DNA from: Bacteroidales bacterium
GTDB taxonomy: Bacteria; Bacteroidota; Bacteroidia; Bacteroidales; UBA932
NCBI GenBank assembly: GCA_045617505.1
Contig: JAZLIS010000103.1
Span: forward strand, 41,424-105,423
Direction of reading: 5' to 3'
DNA: 64,000 bases
Shown here: positions 16,148 through 26,180 of the stretch, piece after piece
Numbering within the stretch: the stretch's first letter is position 1
Layout of the letters: each line of letters begins with the position of its first letter
Made by a program: the position numbers and the translations under genes
The notes under the pieces: model-generated
Database searches by the model: none
Seen by the model: only the letters and a program-made list of their open reading frames with translations
Told to the model about the DNA's origin: nothing

Positions 16148-16930
16148 CTATCCGAACAACAAATCTTTTATCGCCATTCCATAGCCCTTTTTCAGCAGAA
16201 GAAGGGTCAATGCACATCTGTACTGAGAATAGAGGCCATTACGCTTTGCGAAGTGAATTATTGACTTTATTGAGCGCACACGGACAGAGGCACGTCTGCG
16301 GTTTTTCTTTTTGCTGATAGACTCTTCGTGCAGAACATAGTGATACAGAGGCTTGTGTATTTGCGCAATCTTATCGGCAGAAAGGACGCAGCAAGTTAGA
16401 AAACAAGTGTCCTCAGCGCAAAAAGTACTAGGGAATGTAATCCCATTTCTCGTCACGAACTCTTTTTTAAATATATATGTCCAAATGTATGAAACAAAAT
16501 GTGTTAAAAAATATCGTTTACATCTATAATTCGTGTTAGTTACAACCACCTTTTCACCCCAGTATGCATCGCAGCAGGCCATATCTGCACCCGCGGCTTC
16601 TGCTGTACCATACAACTCCTGGCAATATGACGGCTCCACATAATCGTCACTATCGACAAATGCGACATACTCCCCTTTTGCCAACTCGATACCTACATTC
16701 CTTGCGGCTCCAGGGCCGCTGTTTGTCGAAGTCTCGGCACAGACAAACGATTTCCCACCGGAATATTCTGAAATAAACCGGTGCACTTTGTCCATACTGT
16801 CATCCGTCCCGTGGTCATCGACAAGAATAATCTCAATATTTTCCAAAGTCTGGCATGCTAAAGACTCCAAACAAGAAACAACATACTTGCCGGAGTTATA
16901 AATTGGGACTATGACAGACACTTCAGGCAT
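16148..16930 (-). CDS. glycosyltransferase family 2
   Basis: 260 aa with GT-A motifs VSVIVPIYNSGKYV...VDDHGTDDS...VDSDDYV. Confidence 0.85.
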   Translation of the reverse strand: MPEVSVIVPIYNSGKYVVSCLESLACQTLENIEIILVDDHGTDDSMDKVHRFISEYSGGKSFVCAETSTNSGPGAARNVGIELAKGEYVAFVDSDDYVEPSYCQELYGTAEAAGADMACCDAYWGEKVVVTNTNYRCKRYFLTHFVSYIWTYIFKKEFVTRNGITFPSTFCAEDTCFLTCCVLSADKIAQIHKPLYHYVLHEESISKKKNRRRASVRVRSIKSIIHFAKRNGLYSQYRCALTLLLLKKGYGMAIKDLLFG

Positions 16931-19373
16931 TAGCCCTCCTTCTTACGCATCTGTAAATTCCCCGGCCGATAATCGCAGCGCAGGCGAGATACATTATGAT
17001 AATACAAATAACTGCAATAGTATCGCCTTTGCGGACGCTGTCGGGATCAAAGATAAAATGTATATTGTGCTGCCCGGCAGGGACGTTGACGGCACGGAGC
17101 ATATAGTTCACCCGGTAGTGGTCGACAGGCTCCCCGTCGATGGTCGCCTTCCATCCGTATGGATAGTAAATTTCCGAGAATACGACGGTGCCGGCGGTTG
17201 AAGAGTTGCTGGTATAATCAAGTTCTTTCGGAGTGTATTTGTTCAGCACAACTGACGCACCCCCCGGGAAAGCAGGATTGAAATTGTCAACGTATGGAGC
17301 GAATTCCTTATCAAGGACAGCCTCGTGAGCAAGGTCTATCGTATTGAGCGCATCTGACTCCTCGTTGGCATTCTCAACAACGTGCAGTTTATCCACAAAC
17401 CAGGCGTTTCCAAGGGCAAACGGATTGATCTGAGAAACGGCCTGACCGTCTTCCCCGGACACTATGATGTACTTGGCGTTCAACATTCCGATAACAGGCC
17501 AGTGCATCTTGCTCAGGTGCTGGTCAATCAGATCCTGATATCTGCGAAGTTTGGCGGCAGAATAGCCTCCAAGAGATTTCAGATAATATGAAGTGCGGGC
17601 ATCACTCCAAGGATTTTCCGTCAGATTCAGCACTCTGAAATGAGAAGGATCCTTGAGAAGTTGCTCCTCGTATGGCCGCAAGGCGAAAACGTTCTTGTTC
17701 TGCTTGACGGTGACGAAGTTGTCATCATTGAAATAGCGTTTGTCAATCGGCCACATATCCGCAATAACAAGAATTCCAAGGACGGCAACCATCCAACTGT
17801 TCTTCAGTTTACCTTTGGCATAAATCCAAATCAGGCCGAAGGCCGCCGCGATGAACAGGAACGAGCGGAAGCTGTCCGAACGGAGCAAGGCGGCTCTCTC
17901 ATCCACAATCGCGGCATAAAGCCAATCCGGAAGATTGGAAGACCAGCCGGCATCATATTGGGAGGTAAAGCTGAACAACGAGCCTCCGAAGAGGGCGAAC
18001 AACAGACAGATACCGGCAGTCACTCCGCCTGATATATACAGGCTCTTGAGAAGTTTCTTCTTATCGACGGCCCCGTCCATAATCTGCTTGAGGGCCAGAA
18101 ATCCCAGCAAAGGCATAGCGATTTCTGCAACTATCAGAATTGATGAAACGGCTCTGAATTTGTTGTACAGCGGGAAATACTTAAAGAACAGCTCCGTGAG
18201 CCACAAACAATTATGCCCCCATGCAAGCGCTGTCGAGAACAGCGTTGCAGCCAGAAGAGCCCATTTGTACGGGCCTTCCACAATAAGAAGTCCCAGCAAG
18301 AACAGGAAGCACACGACAGCTCCCATATAGACATTGCCTGCCGTAAACGGCTGGTCTCCCCAATACATCGGAACACCCTGACAGAAGTTTGCAGCATCCT
18401 TTGGAGCAACACCTTTCTTGACAAGAGTCTTGTATAATTCGGAATCCTTTCCTACAGCTATACTGTTTGCACCTCCCATAAAGCCGGGAATCAGGAAACT
18501 CATCGTCTCATCGATTCCGTAACTCCACTGGGTGGCATATTCTATATCCAGACCTTTGGACTTTGCGGCATCTGCCGGTTCATCCTCCGCCACGATATCG
18601 GAATGACCTCCCCGCATCGTCTGCTCGGCATATTCACTGTTGACGAAAATATTGGACGTGCCTGTTCCCAGACCGATGCCAAGCGAAAGCACGAAAATCA
18701 CCGTACCGACAATCAAATCCTTGATTCTTTTCTCTTTTATATGTATCCACAATTCGGCGAACCACAGAAGCCCGATCATCATAAAAAGATAATAAGCCAT
18801 CTGTGGATGGGTACTGAATCCGATTGCGGCGAAAATCATCACGAATATGGCTCCCAGCTCATATTTCTTCCTGAATATCAGATAGAACCCCGCCATCACC
18901 ACCGATATGAGAGCAATAGTGGATGTCTTACCATTATGTCCGGCGGCAATGATTACTATGAAGTAGGACGAGAGAGCGATGGCAATTGCCCCCACAATAC
19001 TCAGCCACTTATCGATATCGAATGAACGCAGTAAAATGAAGAAGCAGAAAAAATAGATAATGAACACCCAGGCCGTGTTCCAATGCCCTTTATGCAGAAT
19101 CCTGTCCAGAGGTGCAAGCAACTTTGAAGACTTGTACTCTCCTCCACCGACCTGATAGTCCGGCATACCGCTGAACATATTGCCAATCCACCAGGTGTGG
19201 TCACCTGTCTCCTGAGTATATCGTACAGCCTCCTGAACAGCCGCCGTAGCAGTTATGCCATCCCCGGCATTGACAACTTTTCCACTCAACTGCGGCTTGC
19301 AGTAGATATAAGCCAAAGCGAAAAAGATGACTGCCGCCACCAGATACGCCCCGTATTTTTCAAAAATCTTCAT
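16923..19373 (-). CDS. large polytopic membrane protein, YfhO-like (putative GT-C glycosyltransferase)
   Basis: 816 aa with more than 10 hydrophobic helices and a soluble C-terminal domain. Its 3' end overlaps the downstream GT2 start by 8 nt. The family call is from memory of size and topology. Confidence 0.55.
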   Translation of the reverse strand: MKIFEKYGAYLVAAVIFFALAYIYCKPQLSGKVVNAGDGITATAAVQEAVRYTQETGDHTWWIGNMFSGMPDYQVGGGEYKSSKLLAPLDRILHKGHWNTAWVFIIYFFCFFILLRSFDIDKWLSIVGAIAIALSSYFIVIIAAGHNGKTSTIALISVVMAGFYLIFRKKYELGAIFVMIFAAIGFSTHPQMAYYLFMMIGLLWFAELWIHIKEKRIKDLIVGTVIFVLSLGIGLGTGTSNIFVNSEYAEQTMRGGHSDIVAEDEPADAAKSKGLDIEYATQWSYGIDETMSFLIPGFMGGANSIAVGKDSELYKTLVKKGVAPKDAANFCQGVPMYWGDQPFTAGNVYMGAVVCFLFLLGLLIVEGPYKWALLAATLFSTALAWGHNCLWLTELFFKYFPLYNKFRAVSSILIVAEIAMPLLGFLALKQIMDGAVDKKKLLKSLYISGGVTAGICLLFALFGGSLFSFTSQYDAGWSSNLPDWLYAAIVDERAALLRSDSFRSFLFIAAAFGLIWIYAKGKLKNSWMVAVLGILVIADMWPIDKRYFNDDNFVTVKQNKNVFALRPYEEQLLKDPSHFRVLNLTENPWSDARTSYYLKSLGGYSAAKLRRYQDLIDQHLSKMHWPVIGMLNAKYIIVSGEDGQAVSQINPFALGNAWFVDKLHVVENANEESDALNTIDLAHEAVLDKEFAPYVDNFNPAFPGGASVVLNKYTPKELDYTSNSSTAGTVVFSEIYYPYGWKATIDGEPVDHYRVNYMLRAVNVPAGQHNIHFIFDPDSVRKGDTIAVICIIIMYLACAAIIGRGIYRCVRRRANA

Positions 19374-19401
19374 ATTCGAAACGTTAATAATTCAATATTG
19401 G

Positions 19402-21612
19402 TCAGTTCCCCAGCTCCGAAAGGAACTTGATGCGGACGAGGCGGACTTCCTCCTCCTCGTAGTCGCGGCCGAGTTCCTTCATCGCGTCGGTGACGGAGTC
19501 TGACTGCGCCTCCTCCTTGAAATAGGTGAATATGTCGTCAATCTTGTCCTCATCGATGGTCTGCTTGATGTAGTAGTCGATATTGAGGCGGGTGCCGGAA
19601 TTGACTATGCTCTCGATGTCCTCGATGAGTTCGCAAAGTTCCATATCCCTTGCGCGGGCGATATCCTCGAAAGGCATCTTCCGGTCGATGCTTTGGATAA
19701 TGAAAACCTTGTTGATGACCTTGCTGGGAACAGTCCTCATTATGAAGTCATCCGGACGGGAGATTTCGTTCTCCTCGACATATCTGGCAATCACATCCAC
19801 AAACGGCTGCCCGAACTTCCGGGCCTTGCCTTCCCCGACGCCCTGACATTTCTTGAGTTCTTCAATCGTTGTGGGATAGAGGATGGCCATATCTTCTATG
19901 CTGGGGTCGGAGAAGACCACCCAGGCGGGGATTCTCTGTTTCGCTGCTACATCGCGGCGCAATCCCTTCAATATTGAAACCAAAGCCGGGTCCCCTCCCC
20001 CTTCCGGACTTGAGGCGGAATGTTTGGCGCTCCCCACAGTTTCATCGTCGTCATCCTCCCCTTCCTCAAACTCCCGGTCCTCAGTAAGCATCACGTCGTA
20101 CGGATTCTGATAGAACTCTTTTCCTGACGGGGTGACGGAAATCAACCCGTAGCGCTCAATGTCCTTATCAAGGAAATGGAGAATCAGTGCCTGCCGGATT
20201 ACGGCACTCCAGAAACGGAGGCCCTTGTCCTTACCGGCACCGAACAATTCGTGGTGGTGATGATGATAGGATTTGATTATGGAATTGCTCACCCCACACA
20301 GTATGTTGCCCAGATATTCCGCTTTGAAAGACTCCTTGAGCGACTGCACCAGTTCTATCACAGTGCAGATATACTCCTTCCCGTTGAACTGTTTCTTAGG
20401 GTAGAGGCAGTTGTCGCACTGCCCGCAGTTGCATTCAGGATAATCCTCCCCGAAATAGTTCAGGAGCACCCTTCTGCGGCACTGGTTGGACTCGGCGTAT
20501 GAGACAGTCTCCATCAACAGCTGCCGTCCTATTTCCTGCTCGGAAACAGGTTTGCCCTGCATAAACTTTTCAAGTTTCTGTATATCTTTATAGCGGTAGA
20601 AAGCTATGCATTTCCCCTCCTGCCCGTCGCGGCCCGCACGGCCTGTCTCCTGATAATATCCCTCCAGACTCTTCGGTATGTTGTAGTGTATCACAAACCT
20701 GACATCCGGCTTGTCGATTCCCATCCCGAAAGCAATGGTGGCCACAATAACGTCAACCTCCTCCATAAGGAAGGCATCCTGATTGCGTCCCCGGGTGGCG
20801 GCGTCCATTCCGGCGTGATAAGGGAGAGCCTTGATTCCGTTGATATTCAACAGTTCCGCTATCTCCTCAACCTTCTTTCTGCTCAAGCAGTAGATGATTC
20901 CGCTCTTACCCGGATTCTCCTTTATGTACTTGATGATATCCTTCTTGGGATTGGTCTTGCTGCGGATTTCATAGTAGAGATTGGGGCGGTTGAACGACGA
21001 CTTGAACACCTTTGCGTCGATCATACCGAGGTTGCGCTGAATATCGGACTGGACCTTGGGGGTAGCCGTTGCCGTGAGCGCTATTATGGGAGCCTTACCT
21101 ATATCGGCTATGATGGCACGGATACGTCTGTACTCCGGACGGAAATCGTGTCCCCATTCGGAAATGCAGTGAGCTTCGTCGATTGCATAGAAGGATATTT
21201 TGAGATTCTTCAGCAACTGGATGTTCTCCTCCTTGGTCAGGGACTCGGGAGCGACATAGAGCAACTTGGTCGCCCCACTGAGAAGGTCATCCTTAACTTC
21301 CTGAACCTGAGTCCGGCTCAACGAGGAATTGAGAAAATGCGCTATGCCTTTCCTATCGTGGACAAAGCCCATTATGGCATCCACCTGATTTTTCATCAGG
21401 GCAATCAGCGGCGATATCACAATGGCCGTTCCCTCCATACACAGGGCCGGCAACTGATAGCAGAGGGACTTGCCTCCTCCTGTAGGCATAAGCACAAAGA
21501 CGTCATTCCCTCCGACAAGGGACTTGATGACAACTTCCTGATTTCCCTTAAAGGAGTCAAAACCAAAGAATTTCTTCAGTTTGTCGTGCAATATGTCAGA
21601 TGTTATTTCCAT
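19402..21612 (-). CDS. recQ: ATP-dependent DNA helicase RecQ
   Basis: Carries FGFDSFKGNQEVV, MPTGGGKSLCYQLP, DEAHCISEWGHDFRP, a zinc-binding CRR...C..CDNC segment and a C-terminal HRDC-like region. I chose the start at ATG 21612 (MEITSD). Confidence 0.9.
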   Translation of the reverse strand: MEITSDILHDKLKKFFGFDSFKGNQEVVIKSLVGGNDVFVLMPTGGGKSLCYQLPALCMEGTAIVISPLIALMKNQVDAIMGFVHDRKGIAHFLNSSLSRTQVQEVKDDLLSGATKLLYVAPESLTKEENIQLLKNLKISFYAIDEAHCISEWGHDFRPEYRRIRAIIADIGKAPIIALTATATPKVQSDIQRNLGMIDAKVFKSSFNRPNLYYEIRSKTNPKKDIIKYIKENPGKSGIIYCLSRKKVEEIAELLNINGIKALPYHAGMDAATRGRNQDAFLMEEVDVIVATIAFGMGIDKPDVRFVIHYNIPKSLEGYYQETGRAGRDGQEGKCIAFYRYKDIQKLEKFMQGKPVSEQEIGRQLLMETVSYAESNQCRRRVLLNYFGEDYPECNCGQCDNCLYPKKQFNGKEYICTVIELVQSLKESFKAEYLGNILCGVSNSIIKSYHHHHHELFGAGKDKGLRFWSAVIRQALILHFLDKDIERYGLISVTPSGKEFYQNPYDVMLTEDREFEEGEDDDDETVGSAKHSASSPEGGGDPALVSILKGLRRDVAAKQRIPAWVVFSDPSIEDMAILYPTTIEELKKCQGVGEGKARKFGQPFVDVIARYVEENEISRPDDFIMRTVPSKVINKVFIIQSIDRKMPFEDIARARDMELCELIEDIESIVNSGTRLNIDYYIKQTIDEDKIDDIFTYFKEEAQSDSVTDAMKELGRDYEEEEVRLVRIKFLSELGN

Positions 21613-21690
21613 AAGCCCGGTCAAAAAAACCATTTTCGCACACATAAAAGTACAAATAAATAACGTCTGACGCAACTTTTTCTGATAAAA

Positions 21691-21714
21691 GAAGCCGACC
21701 CGAAGGCCGGCTTC
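21691..21714 (-). terminator. GC-rich hairpin terminator after the ROK kinase gene
   Basis: GAAGCCG...CGGCTTC stem, followed on the minus strand by TTTTAT. Confidence 0.55.
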
Positions 21715-21735
21715 CCTATCTGAAAAGGAGCTGTT

Positions 21736-22695
21736 CTACCAGGCCAGGGCGCTGGCGCCGAGGATGGCGGCATCGCTCTCCTTGAGGCTTGAGAAGATTA
21801 TCTTCACCCTGTCTCTCCAGAGTTTGAGAACATTCTCGTTCATAGCCTTGAGCATAGGCTCATAGAGGAACTCCTTGGAGCGGGCGAGACCGCCGAAGAG
21901 GACGATGGCCTCGGGAGCGCTGAAGGCGATGAAGTCCGCAAATGACCTTCCGAGCAGAGTACCTGTATATTCAAATACGGAAAGTGCAAGTTTGTCACCT
22001 TCACGGGCAGCTTCATAAACATCCTTGGAGGTGATGTTCTCCACCTCGCGCAGAAGAGAAGGCTCGTTGGAATGCTCAAGCCACTCGCGTGCGGTACGTG
22101 CCACACCGATTGCAGAGCAGTATGCCTCCAGACAGCCCTGACGGCCGCAGCCGCAGGTACGTCCGTTGTGACGCACGACTGTGGTATGTCCCAGCTCACC
22201 TGCAAAACCGTCGTGACCGTAAACGACATTGCCATCGATGACGATGCCGCTGCCCACACCTGTTCCGAGAGTTATCATAATGAAGTTCTTCATACCGCGG
22301 GCCGCGCCGTAGGTCATTTCTCCCATTGCGGCGGCATTGGCATCATTGGTAAGGGTAACGGGAATGCCGTCGAGGTTCTTGCTCAGAATCTTTGCAAACT
22401 TCACAGACTTCTTTGAGGCCCACGCCAAATTGGGAGCGTATGCAACCTCACCCGTGTAATAGTTTCCGTTGGGAGCCCCAACGCCTACGCCACGGATTTC
22501 ACCCTCCTTGCCGGAAGCCTTGATACACTCCTTGACGGCATCTGCCAGAGCGGAAAGGAAAGCCTCGGCATCGTCACCGTAAATATCCGAACGGATAACT
22601 GTCTGATAAAGAACATCTCCACGTGTATCAACCACACCAATCTTGGAGGTCTGGCCTCCTACGTCGATACCGACTACAAACTGTTTGTCTACCAT
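21736..22695 (-). CDS. ROK-family sugar kinase (glucokinase-like)
   Basis: Has the ATP site VVGIDVGGQTSK, a ROK signature and the zinc motif CGCGRQGCLEAY. The ATG at 22695 is preferred over the TTG at 22707. Confidence 0.85.
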   Translation of the reverse strand: MVDKQFVVGIDVGGQTSKIGVVDTRGDVLYQTVIRSDIYGDDAEAFLSALADAVKECIKASGKEGEIRGVGVGAPNGNYYTGEVAYAPNLAWASKKSVKFAKILSKNLDGIPVTLTNDANAAAMGEMTYGAARGMKNFIMITLGTGVGSGIVIDGNVVYGHDGFAGELGHTTVVRHNGRTCGCGRQGCLEAYCSAIGVARTAREWLEHSNEPSLLREVENITSKDVYEAAREGDKLALSVFEYTGTLLGRSFADFIAFSAPEAIVLFGGLARSKEFLYEPMLKAMNENVLKLWRDRVKIIFSSLKESDAAILGASALAW

Positions 22696-22699
22696 AACG

Positions 22700-23992
22700 T
22701 CAGTCAACTTTTATATCCTTGTTTACATTCTTGCTGCCGGCAACTGCATAGTAGAGAAGGTATGCCAGCATTGCAACCACCAGCCAGTAGCTGTTCATAT
22801 AACCGGCATCGCTCTTTGCGATGAACTCCTGAATCAGAGGCATGATACCGCCGCCGACCACGAGAGTCATAAAGATACCGGAAGCCTGTTCGGTATATTT
22901 GCCGAGACCCTCGACTGCAAGATTGAAGATTGCGCCCCACATAAGGGATGTGCAAAGACCGCAGAGGACAAGGAACAGGCAGCTTACGGGAACCTGAAAC
23001 ATTGAGAAACCGTCAGCGGCACTGTAGCCGGGCATACTGACTGTAACAGCCTTAGGAGTGAAGATGGCCGCAATTACGAGAACCAGCGCCACGGAGCATA
23101 CTGTAACCATCTGGGCGCGTGTACTGATCTTGCCGGAAATGGCGGAAGAGCAGGCGCGTCCGACCATCATAAGCAGCCAGTAGATAGCCGCGATGGCACC
23201 TCCGATGGCAGCACCGCCCGCAAAACCTGAAGGGAATGCACCATGACCGGTGGCATCAGCAAGGTAGAAGTTGACCTGTGAAGGGATACCGATTTCGATA
23301 CCTACATAGAAGAAAATCGCAAATGCACCGAGAACAAAGTGGCGGAAATGCCATGCACTGCTCTCGAACTTCTCAACCTTGCGCTCCTGAGCGGGCTCGG
23401 GAATATTGACGAACTTGATGATTACAAAGGCAATTGCGAAGACTGCCATTGCGATGAAGAGCAGAGGGGAAACATCCGACATTGCAGTCGAGTCACTTAC
23501 CGTTCCGATGAGAACGCCCACCAGAAGAGGAGTGAGAGTACCGGTCAGGGAGTTCAGAGTACCGCCAATCTGGATGTACTGGTTACCCTTGTTTCCGCCG
23601 CCGCCGAGGATGTTGAGCATCGGGTTGACTACGGTGTTGAGCATACATACGCAGAAACCGCAGATGAAAGCGCCAAGCAGATAGACGTAGATTGCACTGT
23701 CGGCAAGAGCGCTGAAACTTGAAACATACTGTACGCAGATTCCGATGAAACCTACCGCCAGAGCGATGAGAGTTGTCTTCTTGTAACCCACTTTGACAAG
23801 CATCTTGCCTGCAGGGATACCCATAAAGAGGTATGCGGCGAAGTTCATCATGTTACCCATCATTCCGGCCCAGCTGTACTGGTGGCCCCAGATGTTTCCG
23901 AAAGGTGCAGCCATATTGGTGACGAACGAAATCATCGCGAAGATGAAGCACATTGTCACGATAGCTACGATGTTGGTTTTTTGTTTAGTCAT
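22700..23992 (-). CDS. MFS sugar transporter (glucose/galactose or fucose permease-like)
   Basis: About 12 TM helices with a GluP/FucP-like N-terminus. The ATG at 23992 is preferred over the TTG at 24034. Confidence 0.75.
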   Translation of the reverse strand: MTKQKTNIVAIVTMCFIFAMISFVTNMAAPFGNIWGHQYSWAGMMGNMMNFAAYLFMGIPAGKMLVKVGYKKTTLIALAVGFIGICVQYVSSFSALADSAIYVYLLGAFICGFCVCMLNTVVNPMLNILGGGGNKGNQYIQIGGTLNSLTGTLTPLLVGVLIGTVSDSTAMSDVSPLLFIAMAVFAIAFVIIKFVNIPEPAQERKVEKFESSAWHFRHFVLGAFAIFFYVGIEIGIPSQVNFYLADATGHGAFPSGFAGGAAIGGAIAAIYWLLMMVGRACSSAISGKISTRAQMVTVCSVALVLVIAAIFTPKAVTVSMPGYSAADGFSMFQVPVSCLFLVLCGLCTSLMWGAIFNLAVEGLGKYTEQASGIFMTLVVGGGIMPLIQEFIAKSDAGYMNSYWLVVAMLAYLLYYAVAGSKNVNKDIKVD

Positions 23993-24014
23993 AATATTTG
24001 AATTAAAAGATGTT

Positions 24015-25253
24015 TCAGAAGGTGTGGATTGCAAGTCCGCTGCGGAGCTTGGGCTCGAACCATGTTGTCTTGGGAGGCATTATCGCCCCGCTGTCGGCTA
24101 TGTTGACAAGCTGTTCCATCGACACGGGGTAAAGAGCGAAGGCTACGGCCATCTCGCCGCTGTCAACTCTGCGCTTGAGTTCTCCCAGACCACGGATTCC
24201 TCCAACGAAATCAATCCTCTCACTTGTCCGGAGGTTACCGAGATGCAGAATTCTGTCGAATACTAGATTCGAGCAGATGGTCACGTCCAGCACGCCAATG
24301 GGGTCAGTGTCATCGTAAGTTCCGAGCTTTGCAGTCAGACTGTACCACTCCCCACCCAGATACATCGAGAAGTTGTGAAGAGCGCAGGGACGATAAATCT
24401 CCTTCCCCTTCGGGCTTACCTCGAAACTTTCAGACAGCCGGCAGATGAACTCCTCCGCGGAAAGCCCCGCCAAATCCTTTATCACACGATTGTAATCTAT
24501 GATTTTCAACTGGTTGTCCGGGAAGCAGACAGCCATGAACCAGTTGTACTCTTCAGTTCCGTCGTGAGATGGATTCGCCTCGCGGCGTTTCTGCCCCACG
24601 CGGGCGGCAGCTGCCGTACGATGGTGCCCGTCAGCAACATAAAAGGCCTTTACACCGGAGAATATCTCAGTTATCCTCGCGATGTCGGCATCCTTGTCAA
24701 TGACCCAGAACTTGTGACCGAAACCGTCCTCATCGGCAATGAAGTCATACTCCGGCACTCCCGATATGTAGCGGAACATAATCGCGTCAAGTTCCGGATT
24801 GTCGGGATAAGCGAAGAAGACGGGCTCGATATTGGCACTCTGGATATCCACGTGCACCATACGGTCATCCTCCTTCTCCTTGCGGGTGAGTTCGTGTTTC
24901 TTGATTGCGCCGCTGGCATAATCATCAGTGTGGGCACAGAGAATGATTCCGTACTGGGTACGGCCCGCCATAGTCTGAGCATATATGTAATAGCACTCCT
25001 TCGGGTCGCGGACAAGCCATCCTCGGCTTTGCCACAGTTTGAAATTTTCGACGGCCTTGCCGTAAGTGCGCTGCTCGTTCTCCCTCGCTATGGGTTCGAA
25101 GTCAATCTCCGGTTTCGTTATGTGGAGCAGCGATTTCTCACCGGCCTCCGCCCTGGCCTCAACGGAATTCATCACGTCGTATGGTCGGGATGAAACCTCC
25201 TTGCCCATTTCCTTCGGAGGACGAAGCGCCGCAAAAGGTTTTACTTTTACCAT
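24015..25253 (-). CDS. DUF1015 family protein
   Basis: 412 aa. The N-terminus VKVKPFAALRPPKEMGKEVSSRPYDVM is the characteristic DUF1015 start. Confidence 0.75.
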   Translation of the reverse strand: MVKVKPFAALRPPKEMGKEVSSRPYDVMNSVEARAEAGEKSLLHITKPEIDFEPIARENEQRTYGKAVENFKLWQSRGWLVRDPKECYYIYAQTMAGRTQYGIILCAHTDDYASGAIKKHELTRKEKEDDRMVHVDIQSANIEPVFFAYPDNPELDAIMFRYISGVPEYDFIADEDGFGHKFWVIDKDADIARITEIFSGVKAFYVADGHHRTAAAARVGQKRREANPSHDGTEEYNWFMAVCFPDNQLKIIDYNRVIKDLAGLSAEEFICRLSESFEVSPKGKEIYRPCALHNFSMYLGGEWYSLTAKLGTYDDTDPIGVLDVTICSNLVFDRILHLGNLRTSERIDFVGGIRGLGELKRRVDSGEMAVAFALYPVSMEQLVNIADSGAIMPPKTTWFEPKLRSGLAIHTF

Positions 25254-25256
25254 AGC

Positions 25257-26177
25257 CTATTTGTTTAACTGGAATGTGCGGTCACCGGCGGCGAAGAATC
25301 TGCATATCTGGGATGCGGCTGCAAGGCCTGCATTGACGTTGGCCTCAGCCGTCTCGGCACCCATCTTCTTGGGAGTGGCAAAGTATCGGTTGCCGAATTT
25401 TCCGGCAAACTCCTCAGCCCTTTCGGGAGCCACGTCAGCCACATATCTCAAGTCCTCCCTCTCGGAAAGGATTTTCATAAGGCCTTCCTCGTCAATCACT
25501 TCCTTGCGGGCAGTATTGATCAGGCAGCCACCCTTGGGCATCCGCGAAACCAAATCATATCCTATCGAGCCTTTTGTCTGTTCCGTTGCGGGAATATGGA
25601 GGGAGACGAAATCAGAGCCGGAATAGAGTTCCTCAAGGCTTGAAGCCACCTTTGCACCGGTAGATTCGATTTTATCGGCACTGAGGAACGGATCGAAGGC
25701 AAGGACTTTCATCCCGAACCCCTGTGCAAGGGCACCCACCAGACGGCCGACATTGCCGTAGGCCTGAATACCTATGGTCTTGCCCTTCAGTTCACGGCCT
25801 GTTCCGGGAGTGAACTGATTCCTGTTCATATATATCATAAGGCCGATGGCCAGTTCCGCAACAGCATTGGAGTTCTGGCCGGGGGTATTCATCGCCACCA
25901 CTCCGTGAGCAGTGCAGGCAGCAAGGTCAAGATTGTCGAAGCCGGCTCCGGCACGTACGACTATCTTCAGTTTCGGGGCGGCCGCAACCACCGCGGCGGT
26001 GACCTTGTCCGAACGGACTATCAACGCATCCGCATCGGCTACAGCCTTGACAAGTTCCCCCTCTCCTTCATATTTTTCAAGCAGTACGACGGTGTGCCCG
26101 TTTTCCTGAGCTATCTTCCTGATTCCGTCAGTCGCAGCCTTGGCGAAAGGCTTCTGGGTCGCTACCAATATCTTCAT
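25257..26177 (-). CDS. serA: D-3-phosphoglycerate dehydrogenase (short form)
   Basis: 306 aa. It is a 2-hydroxyacid dehydrogenase with the NAD site GIQAYGNVGRLV, and it lies directly after serC. Confidence 0.8.
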   Translation of the reverse strand: MKILVATQKPFAKAATDGIRKIAQENGHTVVLLEKYEGEGELVKAVADADALIVRSDKVTAAVVAAAPKLKIVVRAGAGFDNLDLAACTAHGVVAMNTPGQNSNAVAELAIGLMIYMNRNQFTPGTGRELKGKTIGIQAYGNVGRLVGALAQGFGMKVLAFDPFLSADKIESTGAKVASSLEELYSGSDFVSLHIPATEQTKGSIGYDLVSRMPKGGCLINTARKEVIDEEGLMKILSEREDLRYVADVAPERAEEFAGKFGNRYFATPKKMGAETAEANVNAGLAAASQICRFFAAGDRTFQLNK

Positions 26178-26180
26178 AAC

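Noticed and set aside
20686-21663. A 325-aa plus-strand ORF inside recQ. Similar long antisense ORFs occur at 25905-26882 (serA/serC), 24375-25193 (DUF1015), 42312-43166 (aroE/trmH), 51568-52260 (rhaA) and 60757-61500 (BamA-like/TrmH).
   Set aside because: Each is antisense to a gene with strong family motifs. None has motifs of its own, a plausible promoter or a plausible start context.
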